Position numbers and translations under genes: made by a program
Shown here: piece by piece, positions 53,293 to 64,000 of the stretch
Position numbering within the stretch: the first letter of the stretch is position 1
Layout of the letters: each line of letters opens with the position of its first letter
Source of the DNA: Amphiscolops sp. MND2022
Lineage: Eukaryota
NCBI GenBank assembly: GCA_964187785.1
Contig: OZ076409.1
Coordinates: forward strand, 26,290,001-26,354,000
DNA length: 64,000 nt
Reading direction: 5' to 3'
Notes under the pieces: model-generated
What the model was told of the DNA's origin: nothing
The model's input: only the letters and a program-made list of their open reading frames with translations
Databases searched by the model: none

Positions 53293-55134
53293 AGAAAAGT
53301 AATTGAAACTTAAAAACTTTTACATTCCAGTATTTTATACGTTGTGCTTATTGGAATTGTTCGTTTTGTTTTGTACGTATAAGTATTAGTATTAGTCTGT
53401 TAAAGTTAACAATTAGAAAGTTAAGATGAGATGCCTGCAATATGCAATTGGCAATGTAAACAATTGGAGTAATCAATACAGCTAGGCAGCATAAAGGAAA
53501 CGAGTTCAAGTGAACGTAACTTCAATGCCGGAAGCGTCACTTGAGCTCGTTATGCTAGCCAATCAAAAACATCCATTTGGCGGTGCTACCATTGTATTCA
53601 TCAATTGGCCAAATTAGGCCTAGTGACGTAATTTCACTTTCATTGTTAAGTACATTAGTCTAATGGCCGGTTTCGGCCGTCTAGTGCCTGTAAATGATAA
53701 GTTGCCTAATATGCTTCTACTCAATTGGTAATTGAGCGATTGTTCTTTCATGTTAACCAGATGCCTCATTTGTGCAGTTTTATGCTTTATTCCAGTAAGT
53801 GGCCGAATAAGGCCACTTGCCAAAATATTGTTTTCTGTTGATAAAGCCAATTGGATAAAGGCCGATTTCGGCTCTTTTGAACTCAGCCATCCAAATGTCA
53901 AATTAGAGTGATATACATATATGCTCATGCTTTAATGTCAAGTGTCGCTGTATTTACACTAGAAATTATTAGTGATCTCTCTCTAAAGTGATCAGTGCAA
54001 TTGATAATAGTTTGCGGTGTAATATTGAGTGGTAGTCTCGTAGACTAATTTGGCTAACCAACCCAATTGATATGTACCAATCATGACCGTATTGGGCATG
54101 ATAAACATGTGCAGGAGTACACGGCTATAGTAGTTAGCCACCAAGATAGTCCATCCGTGCAGACACGTGCCGACTCGGGACAGTTGAAATTCTTCAAAGA
54201 TTTGTTATGTAACACCCTGTTTGATGTATCTCATACCTTTCAAATGTTTACTTGTGTAGTGAATGAAGGAATTTGAAAGGCCACATGACCTCCCCAACCG
54301 CATTTCGGCGGCACTTAGATGTTCGTACGAAAATACTTATCAGGTGCTTTTGGAATGTTGTTGTCACATTTTTCGAATAATTATGTCTTGAATACCCGCC
54401 TGAGGGAGAATATATAGGAGCTACTCTTTTAGACGGACACAATTTTTTGTTGCGCTCCTTACATTCAGTTAATACCACAACTTTGTTGTAAACCTTCTCC
54501 AAACACTATTTCTTGGTGTAAAATAATAATTTATTATTTGACCAGGTTCGTTTCAATGCCTACAACTAGAAAGCAGAAAAAGGCAAGGAAGTCGAGAGGA
54601 CTTGAAATGTTATCAGATATTGAGAACTTAGATATCATGCTTGGTGAAAACCATTTTAACACAAGGGAAAGGGAAGGCAGCCTAAACAGTAATATGCTTA
54701 GGAGATCTAGGAGCTTTGTCAGCAATGAGTCCATAAATGAAGAAGAGGACTTAGAAAGAAATCAGAGAAATGTTAACTCTGGAACAAATGCGACCAAAAT
54801 TCAGTTACAGACAATTCTATTGCCGAGATAAACAAGTTGTCAAGTGAACTAAATTCTCGTACTTCACGGGAAATGGACGAGATGATGAATTCTGTGAGTG
54901 TTCAGATACAAAGAGCCATAAGTAATGCAATAAGCACTCAAGTACTTCCCCAGATTCAAAACGCTATTATGGCCGGATCAGGACACGGGACCAGAAAGGG
55001 ATGGGACGCCCCGTCCGAGAGACCGGAACTAATTCCCGAAGTTCAGCGAAACTTAAACGCAAAGAACAGCCTGAGAAATGAACAAGATGAAAATCAGCTG
55101 AACAATGATTACCCTGATCTAAATGTTCATGACA
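53204..55134 (+). repeat. 3' LTR (1931 bp)
   Basis: Copy of 38776-40692, followed by the TSD TTACG. Confidence 0.95.
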
Positions 55135-56198
55135 TTACGTAATATTGCTCGCTATTATACAGAGAATCACAACCGACCGCTCATCAATGCATTTGATTTG
55201 CGCTTAAGTTGAACGTATTTTAATGATTTTCTGTATACAAAACTCAAAGAATTGTTTTAGGTTTTTTCCATACAACTAATTTAGCACGTTCATGGCATGT
55301 TTTACGAAACTGATGAAAATCTGCTTGAACGGCTGTCCTTCTTGTCAGTTTTTTCTTCTCTTTTGTTAATTCTTTGCAGCTTTATTTTATCCAAGTTCTT
55401 TACCTAGCAACAGCTGTGAAAGTATGATCATCGTTTGTGGTCCTTTCTCGACTCAGTTGGGCATCATCCTTCTATTGGCTGCCTACTGTAAGATTCTCGA
55501 TAAAACGTTTTTTTTTGTTTTCTGATGAGCGAACCCAAGCACGTTTTTCTTACAATTTCTGCAATTAGCTACTGAATGAATGTGGAAAGCTGGAAATTAC
55601 TTCCTACTAGGCCTAGACGTTAACCAGAATTCCTCAACGTGGTGAGTAAGTTTAAATTGTTCTTGAAACCTGTTCAGATTTAAATTTTTGAAATTTTCCG
55701 TTGAGGAGAACCATTTTCGAGTCTATAGATGACATCTTTGGTTATTTGTTATGGTAATGAGGAGCTGAAGAGAGTTTTTCAATAACTGGACTCAAGCTAT
55801 AAGAAAAATTTCGGTATTTTCAGCCCGTTAAGACTTTTCACGAATTCATTTTTTTTCAACACGGGATCTCTCTGATAGGTTTTTCTGCACTTTGCGACTT
55901 CATGTGAATTTTGATTGTTTTAAAAATTGTATAAAATGTTTATTTTAGGTTTCAAGTTAGGGGATCATCAATTTTTTGGCCTCCGATTCAAACTGCACCG
56001 AAGTGTGTCGAAAGGCCTTCACCAGTTCTGTTAATTTCTGCTAGAAATTAACAGAACTGGTGTAGTACACTTTACATTTCACTAGCTTGTCGGTTTTGAC
56101 TTTTGCTTGTTTTCAGTTAGAATATCCCCTTTTTGATGTCTAAAGCGTCCTATTGCTTTTTTAAGCAACTGGTCGAGCATTGACCGAAAAAACAATCA

Positions 56199-57657
56199 TT
56201 TTTAGTCGGCGCTTTTCTTTAGAAAAGAGTCGACTATAGTCATGGCTTTTCGTCAGTGTTTTTTAGTCGGCGCTTTTCTAGGGAAAAGTGCCCGACACTT
56301 ACAGTGGCTAGTTTTTTTTTCTTTTTTTTCGTCAGACTACAATCTCACTCTGATTGGGCCACTTTTCTTACAATCGAAACTACTAAAACTACTACCATAA
56401 GGCCAAGTCCGGTCAGCGGAAATTAGTGCAAAAGGGTCCCCCTTTCATTTTTTACTATTTTAACGTAACCTACAAAACCGGACGAGACTAAAGGGTCCCC
56501 CCTTTCGATTTTTTTCGGCATTGTGCGACTTTTTTTCGAATATTTTTTAATGTCTCAAAAGAGTCCCCCTTTCGAGTTTTTTTGATTTTTTGCAACAGAA
56601 TATATGTTAATAAAGCCCAAAGGGTCCCCCCTTTTACATTTTTCGGCACTATGCGACATTTTCTGAAAGAAAAAAAATCAAAAATTTCAAGTTTTTTTTT
56701 CAAAAAATGTCTTTTGCGCTTTTTGAGCCTTAGATATAGCGCCGACTTTAGACGTTCCCGTCTTGTTTTAAGACCACCTGAACTGACCAAAATAGTTCTA
56801 CCAAAAGTTTCACAAAATTTTCAGAAGACGCCAAAATGTACCTGTTGGCCCAAGGAACTGAACTAAAAAGGTTTCCCGCGTAACATACAATACCATACGA
56901 GACCAAAGTGTCCATTTTTTCGGCACTGTGCGACGTTTTTCAAAAAAACTTTTTTCACCACGAAAAGCCCCTCCTTCAATTTTTTTGGAGTTTTGCAACA
57001 GAATGGATGTTGAAAAATCCCAAAGGGTCCTCCCTTTCAGTTTTTTCGGCATTGTGAGACTTTTATTCAATTTTTTTTCATAAAAGTAGTCCCAATTCAC
57101 CAATACTTGGAAATTTTGAAGTCCTTTTGCTATTTTTGAGCCTTGGATATGGCGCCGACTTGGGCCGTTCCCGGCTTGTTTTCAATAGTTATTTCCTATG
57201 AGTCTGATCTAATTTTTAAGTTCTAAGGTTTGAATTCAAGGTATACATTTTGAGGCTTCGCGATGTATTTACGCACATTCGAAGTAAATTGAGTTTTACT
57301 ACGGAGGAGGTGGAGGTTCAAAAATTTTGCGCTAAATCCGAATTTTAGACGTTACGTCCGAAATAAATTGCGTTTTACGACGGAGGTTTAAATCTCATCA
57401 GTTTCGATGTTTCGTTCCAAAATCGAAAGAAAAGCACACACACTATATCTGAATTTTTGACCGTATATCCGAAGTAATTGATTTTTCTGGTGAGAATAAA
57501 AGTAAAACATTCCTTTCAGGCCCCAAAGGGTCTTACTTTTGTTTTTGGTACTGTGAAATTGAGAATTCATTCAAAAGAGAACCTTTGACGCTTTGAAGTA
57601 CTTTTGTTCTTTTTGAGCCTCAAAAAGGCGCCGACTTATACAGTTTCCGGCTCGTTC
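56199..57657 (+). mobile_element. Cluster of nested/tandem HINE-like family A copies
   Basis: 5' hairpin ends at ~56199 and ~56259; 3' GGCGCCGACTT-hairpin-TT ends at ~56767, ~57180 and ~57657. Confidence 0.65.
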
Positions 57658-57752
57658 TTTTTCTGCAGCGTGTTGCAGATTTCTTAATCATGTAACGACG
57701 GGTTTTCTCTTGGGCATACCGCTCCCCTCTCAATTGCTTTGTTAGACTCTAA

Positions 57753-58197
57753 CAGAGGTGTGATAGCGTTAGCGCCACTATTAGATGAATTTGATTGCCC
57801 AACGATAGCGATCGCTATTAGCTCATTGAAATTTCAATAGCGGGAGATAGCGTTAGTATAATTCAAAGCAGCCATTTTGGTCTCATTTAGTGACCCTTGT
57901 TCATTTCACGGTCACTAACGTGACTTTGGAGCATCACTGGGGAAGCCAAGAAACGAATACGTTCACGGACCTCATTCAAACGGTTTTGGCCTGTGTACCA
58001 ACAAGTGCTGCAGTGGAATGCTTTTTCTGTCGCTAAGTCCTAAAACTTTGTAGGATATAATGATGATTGAGTATAATCAAACTTAAAATGCGTTTTCATT
58101 GTTCTCATTTTTCAGCGATCGGAAAAATCAACGGTAGCGATAATCAAATTAGCGGCAACAACGAATAGCGATTTTTAGATAGCGAGTCACACCTCTG
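57753..58197. mobile_element. hAT-like MITE
   Basis: 11-bp TIR CAGAGGTGTGA / TCACACCTCTG with repeated subterminal ATAGCG motifs. TSD imperfect. Confidence 0.6.
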
Positions 58198-58394
58198 CTC
58201 TGTAATTTTCTCAAAAAAGGTCTTTAAAGAGTTTGCACTATTTAGGCATCCAACGGAGCACCAAATTGGGCCGGTCATCATTTCAAATACTCAATTTTAC
58301 AATATTTTAATTCATCAACCAGAAATATACTACAAGTATTAAAGATATGTACGAACTGAAGTTTGAGAAAATGTGGTCGGAGGAGAATCATCTA

Positions 58395-60957
58395 TTAGGA
58401 TAGCATCAATTTGACTTCTTCATTCGAGGGCGAGCCCGTAATTTGTCGATCTTCGTCAGTGTAATATTTAGTAAGCATATCGTTCAATTCTGTGAACACC
58501 TTCAGAACCTTCACCATAACGGGTCGGAACAAAATCACCTCTGTGTCTCTATTGGCCAGATACAAACGCATGTCGTCCTTCAACTTGGGCAGCTTTGTTT
58601 TGATCTGCTTGTTGGTGGTACCGACGATGTCTTGAATCTTTTTCGCATTGGCGAAAGGCTGTTGCCGTAGATTCAGTTTCGATTGACCTTCTCGTTTGAC
58701 GTCGATGATGACTTTGGCCTTTTCCAGGAACTGCATCAGAGGTTCGCATAGTAACTTGGCACAGTTGTCTACGAACAGTTCGCAGCATCTCTTCAGTTGC
58801 ATGTCCACGTCTTTCTTCGAGTCCACGGTCATTTCAGTTACCTGCAGTGGCAGTGAATCAACACTTTATTCAGTGGTAAAACATTGATGGTAGCAGTCCT
58901 TAGTTTTTTAGACAGTGCCAAATTTCTTTTTAGTTAGTATCCTTACTTTTCCAGAAGTTTTGCCCTCAAAAACATCCCTTATTTAATTAATTTAAAGAAC
59001 GCCGTTGATAATTGTGTAATTATTTGAAACGTATGAACGACTCAGTTGGTTGTTCAGCTGAAGCCTTAAATAGAGCTCATAGTATAAACTGTATAGAATA
59101 TTTGTGCAGACTTTTAAAATAAGAATTGAGGCTGTGGAAAGTTATTGATTAAAAATTATAAGCAATTTTTCAACTACGTCTTCTAACCACGATTAGTTTC
59201 CGTGCAATTCCAAAACTAAGGCCCTGAAATAGGGACCCAAACCCGGGACCTGAAATAGTGGAGTTGCATGTATTTATTTTATTGTCACGTATCAATCAAC
59301 AAATTGTGCAAGAGACTACAAACTTTTTGAACCTTGAGAACTACTGTTAAGTGAACATAATTGGCGACGAACTCAATTATCTTTTTTCATCAGAACTGAA
59401 ACGACTGTGAAATGTTGATTCACTGACCTGAGGACTTCCGTCAATCAAAAACTGCAGGAGCGCGTTGCTTTTACTGAGTGTGAAGAGCCGCTCCCGTTTG
59501 CTGAATAAACCAAGAGCCGCAATCCTGGTTTTGGAAAAGTCAAGCACTGTCTCAGTGACGTAGAACTCCGAGTGGAAAGGCTGGATTTGATCACGCAGAA
59601 TGAGCAGGTGTTTTATGAAGAAGAGCTGAGAGTCAGTCAGTGTTTTCTTCTTCCTGATCTCGCCCGCAGCATATTGCAAAGAGAGAATACAACACCCCAA
59701 CGTTTCCTGGAAAGAATTGAATTCAGGAAAAGAAAATGATTCAAAAGAAAAGAACTGCTTTCAAGGGCGGTAGATGTAAGGGCCACACAAACGGCCTGCA
59801 ATTTTCTTTATCGTCAAAAATCGTTTGGAAAATTCCTGGAAAATCAAGTAGATACCACCAAATGTTTTATACACCATAAACCACAGTGTATTTGTTTACA
59901 CACCACAGAACATTGATTTGCTTATTATATAAAGGACGTCCATTTATCATTTTATTTCTCATAATGCTAAGCTCCAGAGATGCATTTTCAAGCCATACAG
60001 AAGTAGACGTAAGAGGAAAAAGCATCCACAGCTTTTTTCCTAGACAAGATGCGACCGAGATTTTTTTCAACACGATTTTGTCTATAAACATGGGTTGCCT
60101 TGTACGATACAATAATTTCCCTGAAACATTAAATAACACATGCAACTTTTTAAAGTCATTCGTGAACCGTAAGTGCTACAGAACCAATAGCACTGTTGAT
60201 GAACTTCCCGGAGTGTATGTCATCTTGCGAGTTGCAGATTAGTTTTGTCAAACAATGTGAAACCCCACATAGATTCGTTTGCATGTTAACCTGGGCTAGT
60301 CCTCTGAATATTTCGATATCCAGACACCTATACAGTTTGGAGAGACACACAAGGGTCCTTCTGAGAGTGGGGTACCACATGCCATGCATGTCTGCAGGAG
60401 ATAGATCGGAGCTGCTGTGTTCCCCTGACGAGCAGGTGCTGGTGCTTGTCTTGCGAGAAGACTCCATCTTAGCAATCCCACTCTCTTCACTCGAGTCCAC
60501 ATTCGCCACATTGTCATCCGATCCCAACTGAGGACCTGTAAACACACATCAATCAAGCGATTATTATTCTGTTTCTTGACTATTCTGAAGGAAACCGACA
60601 AAAATGTTACAAAAACTTGATCAACTAAGGTAGTTTCGTTTTTCAAGGATTATAGGTACTGGGCCTCCTTGCTCGCAAGAAACTACGTGGATGGGCTTAA
60701 GGAAAAAAGTTTTTAACATGGAACAAAAAGTCATCCACAAACTTTCAAGACCAACACTTACTTTTAGGCCCAGGTGCTGAAAGAGATTCCGCAATCTGCC
60801 GCATCATGATGAGTTTCTCGGGATAGGCCAAGTCACCAGAGACTGGTTTGTATCCAATAATGTCACTTTTAATGTACATTTGGGTACGGTACACTAGCCT
60901 CTCTTGGATATCTTCTAACATCTGTTTACACGTCACTTCGAACACTTCCACTCGGAT
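58395..60957 (-). CDS. COG3: Conserved oligomeric Golgi complex subunit 3, 3' exons
   Basis: Exons 60957-60762, 60535-60291, 59706-59428 and 58841-58395, phase-compatible GT-AG. Recognisable motifs KQMLEDIQERLVYRT, GDLAYPEKL, SPADMHGMWYPTLRRTLVCLSKLYRC, QLFFIKHLLILRDQIQPF and VDSKKDVD. Upstream exons lie further right. Confidence 0.95.
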
Positions 60958-61163
60958 CTTCAGGGAAAAGATCTTGTCACCCAGGATTTCTATAAAAGAT
61001 TCTTGATGGCCAGGGCGATGAAGCATTAAAATACAAAAACTTACAAAACATTGGCTTTGTACAACGAATGTTCATCACTTCGCACGGAATAAAACACCTT
61101 GTGTCACCTGAGGCAGTGCAGCAAAATATACCAGGTGGGGGTGTTGTTTTAGGGGAGGAAATA

Positions 61164-61315
61164 CAGTTCAATCCGCCTAATTCGTATCGCTTAAGACCGA
61201 ATGAAATAGTACGAATGGGAAATACGATTTAACAGGATGATATTACTTTATCGCGAGATGGGGGTCTCAGGTACAAACGAATTAAACGAAGATATGAATT
61301 ATCAGAAGTTGACTG
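61164..61315. mobile_element. Tigger-like MITE
   Basis: TA-CAGT...GACTG ends; homologous to 23072-23243. Confidence 0.55.
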
Positions 61316-61784
61316 TCTTACGAGGCTGTAGATATCTGTTCAATTGATAAATAAAACGAGAGATCCGCTAAGCAACATGAAATGTTCAACTGAGTACTTT
61401 CTTGACACTTTTGAAAAGTGTGGTCACTAAAATTTAATCTGAAAGTAAACAAACCAGGGACAGCAAAAGTAGGTGCCCTGATTAAGGCTTTAAAAAGCGG
61501 AAAGTATTTCAAACCGGTAAAGAAACTGTTTTTCGGAAAACTCAAAAAGTCACTTCTAAAAATACTCGAAAAGAGGACCCTATGTGCTTCTAAAAAAAGC
61601 TTTTGAAACTGAAAACATCAAGGTAACAAGGGATGCACGATTTTTTTGTGAAAAGGAAAAATGGGAACAAAATTGCACAGTACCAAAAAACCCTAGTAGT
61701 TGGATTTATTACCGGACCGTGCTAAACACGGGGGGGTTTGAAATTTTGCAAAATTTTGCCAAGCTTGTAAATTTGTATATGTAC

Positions 61785-62110
61785 ACTTTTCTTCGCGTGA
61801 CAAACGTCAAAAAATGATAACTTTCAGCTGCGTGTACAATCGTCTAAAATATTTACCTTCGCATTTCTGCGTGACCATTGTCAAAAATAATCTACTTTCC
61901 ATTTCCGCGTGATAAAATGTCTAAAAATGAATAACTTTCTATTTCCGCGTGAATATCCTCAAATATGATCTACTTTCTATTTCCACGTGAATATCCTCAA
62001 AAATGATCTACTTTCTATTTCCGCGTGATAAGATGTTTTAAATTAATAACTTTCTATTTCCGCGTGACTATCCTCAAAAATGATCTACTTTTCATTTCCG
62101 CGCGACTAAC
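61785..62110. repeat. Degenerate ~37-40-bp minisatellite (CTACTTTCTATTTCCGCGTGA...CAAAAATGAT)
   Basis: About 8-9 visible units. Confidence 0.8.
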
Positions 62111-62733
62111 GTAAAAAAAATAACCAACCTACAAGCTAAATCGTTACCAAAAGTCGAAATTTGTTAACTTTCGACTTAGTATCTTTCAACAATCAGTTCT
62201 AGAATATTCCACAGACTCATCCAGGCTTTCTAAAGGCGGGGAACTTGAGAAGGCCGTCGCTTTGGTTTGTCTGGAACTTTTGTTGATTTTAACACTTGTC
62301 TTGACTTGTCTTAATTAGTCACACTGAAAGATTGCTACAGCTAGCTTAAATCAACGAATGCCTACTTTTGTTCAAAACTTTTATAAATCACTGATTATAC
62401 GCTAAGTTTTACAGTTTTCTTTGCAGATATTGTTGTTCAAATAAAAGCAGAGATGAATTTTCTCGGGTTTTATTGTTTGGTCAATCTTTTGTCTAATTTC
62501 CTGGTGCTTTTTGTTTAGGTAATCATTCACAAACTTCTTGAGAGCACCTGTTTAGGCAAATCAGTTGCAAATATCTTTTCAACCTGACTATAGCACCAGA
62601 AAACTGAAAGAAAAATGTGAAAAGACATCTTTGAATCTTGCAAATTTCAACTGCCAAAACCCGAATTTTACCTCAAACTTTCTCAATACCTAATAATCTT
62701 CCTTTCATAGTAAACAAGTCGATTTTCCTCAAA

Positions 62734-63255
62734 ATGGATTACCTAAGAAGTGTTTGGGGTTTAGATCAAACTCGGGTCGGTTTTCTCGAATATGGACAAT
62801 CTGCAACTTTCGAGCCCCCGGTGAAAAAATCTAAACTAGAGCCTGAAATAAAAGTGGAAGTTCTCAAAGCTATTTCACTTAATAATGAGAATGGTAGATC
62901 GGGAAAGCAACGTTCTCGTTATAGAGTTTTTGTTGTCGCGTCTGATGGAAAGGGGCTAGTCGGCCTAGGCATCAAAGTTCATCGCAACAAAGAAACTGCT
63001 ACTAAATGTGCCGGTGATCAAGCCAAAGCAGAAATGTTCCAAATATCTTTGAGCTCCTTTGATCCCGAATGTCCAGAAAAACATACAATACCACAACAAC
63101 TTTTCGGTGAATATGGAGACCTGAAAGTTACTCTAAATCCTGCCGCTCGAGACACTGGTATTGAATCCTCGCCTCTCGCAAGATTTCTTCTGCACCTCAT
63201 TGGAATCAAAGACTGTGTCGTTATGCCTGAATCTAGTAAGATGCCTGCCTACTAA
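62734..63255 (+). CDS. Divergent 40S ribosomal protein S2 (uS5)-like protein, intronless
   Basis: EVLK...RYRVFVVASDGKGLVGLGIK, HTIP...G.YG.LKVTLNPAARDTGI...L.LIGIKDC follow the rpS2 S5 N- and C-domain pattern. AATAAA at ~63289. Confidence 0.75.
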   Translation: MDYLRSVWGLDQTRVGFLEYGQSATFEPPVKKSKLEPEIKVEVLKAISLNNENGRSGKQRSRYRVFVVASDGKGLVGLGIKVHRNKETATKCAGDQAKAEMFQISLSSFDPECPEKHTIPQQLFGEYGDLKVTLNPAARDTGIESSPLARFLLHLIGIKDCVVMPESSKMPAY

Positions 63256-63339
63256 ATTGTGAATGAAGACTTTTTTCTCATGGTCTTGAATAAATTCTTT
63301 TTATAGCACAAAACGACAATTCAGCATCTTTCGCTTTGG

Positions 63340-63810
63340 CTATTTTCAATGCCCTTGGTAAAGACTTGCAGACGAAATAATGGTGAGCAGAATTTATTTT
63401 GTTTCGAGGCCTAACTTTTTTCGACGTTGTTTTTTCTCATTCCCCTTTTTTAATCAACAGCAAATAAAAGCCATGATGTTTGTTGCGGTGTAGTCAACGC
63501 TTCGAACTCCTGGATTTTTTGTTTGCTGTCGATCACCCACCCTTTGTGTCAATACATACTCAACAATTTTTAGGAAACGTAATTAACGGCACTTTCTTTC
63601 GTTTTGGTTTTTTCCCAATGCCATTGGTAGAAACTTGCAGACAAAATAATGATGAGCAGACTTTGTCCTGTTTCGAGACCTAACTTTTTCGCGGCTGTTT
63701 TTCTCGTTCCCTCATGTTAATCAACAGCAAACAAAAGCCTTGATGCTTGTTGCGGTGTAGTCAACGCTTCGAACTCCTGGATTTTTTGTTTGCTGTCGAT
63801 CACCCACCCA
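63340..63810. repeat. Imperfect ~270-bp tandem duplication
   Basis: ACTTGCAGAC..AATAATG.TGAGCAGA and TTGCGGTGTAGTCAACGCTTCGAACTCCTGGATTTTTTGTTTGCTGTCGATCACCCACC each occur twice. Confidence 0.8.
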
Positions 63811-64000
63811 CCATTTCTGTCGGAAAATGCACAACATTTTTTTAGATTATTATTTTTCTAATCCTCACTTTCAACCTTACTAATGCCACTCTACGGTTAT
63901 GTAACGTCAAACCTGTGACAACAATCAACACTACCAAATCCCTAGACCATATGATTTCCAATTTACTGCGAGAGACCCAATTGAGCCTGTGGGCACGGCA

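Larger units (their letters stand above)
38776..55134 (+). mobile_element. Giant (16.4 kb) Ty3/Gypsy LTR retrotransposon with cargo genes
   Basis: Direct repeats 38776-40692 and 53204-55134 with TG..CA ends. Perfect 5-bp TSD TTACG (38771-38775 / 55135-55139). Domain order gag, PR, RT, RH, IN. Confidence 0.95.

Noticed and set aside
38776..55134. Segmental duplication or tandem elements explaining the 1.9-kb repeats
   Set aside because: TG/CA ends, an adjacent PBS-like TGG and a perfect TTACG TSD define them as the LTRs of a single insertion.
24670..55540. Hammerhead ribozyme cores at scattered CTGATGA motifs
   Set aside because: No supporting stems or correctly placed GAAA were found by eye.

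Overview
Eukaryotic, intron-rich and repeat-rich invertebrate DNA; no prokaryotic operons, CRISPR arrays or RNA genes are supported. Host genes: a 16-exon stretch of a long coiled-coil protein gene (minus strand, 295-24937, continuing off the left edge), the last four exons of COG3 (minus, 58395-60957), and an intronless, strongly diverged rpS2/uS5-like ORF (plus, 62734-63255). Most of the rest is transposon-derived: a 9-kb non-coding LTR element carrying two nested 5'-truncated LINEs, a Tigger/pogo remnant, Helentron-type (HINE-like) repeats, MITEs, minisatellites, and decayed LINE and gag fragments. The standout is a 16.4-kb Ty3/Gypsy element (38776-55134, TTACG target-site duplication, ~1.9-kb LTRs). 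Its gag starts ~590 nt inside the LTR and it has no visible PPT. Besides a decayed gag-pol it carries two cargo genes. One is an antisense six-exon gene that splices, with canonical GT-AG introns, into an uninterrupted ~1298-aa BED-finger/hAT-transposase-like protein. The other is a divergent sense ORF with a SIM-like acidic motif and CxxC that runs into the 3' LTR.
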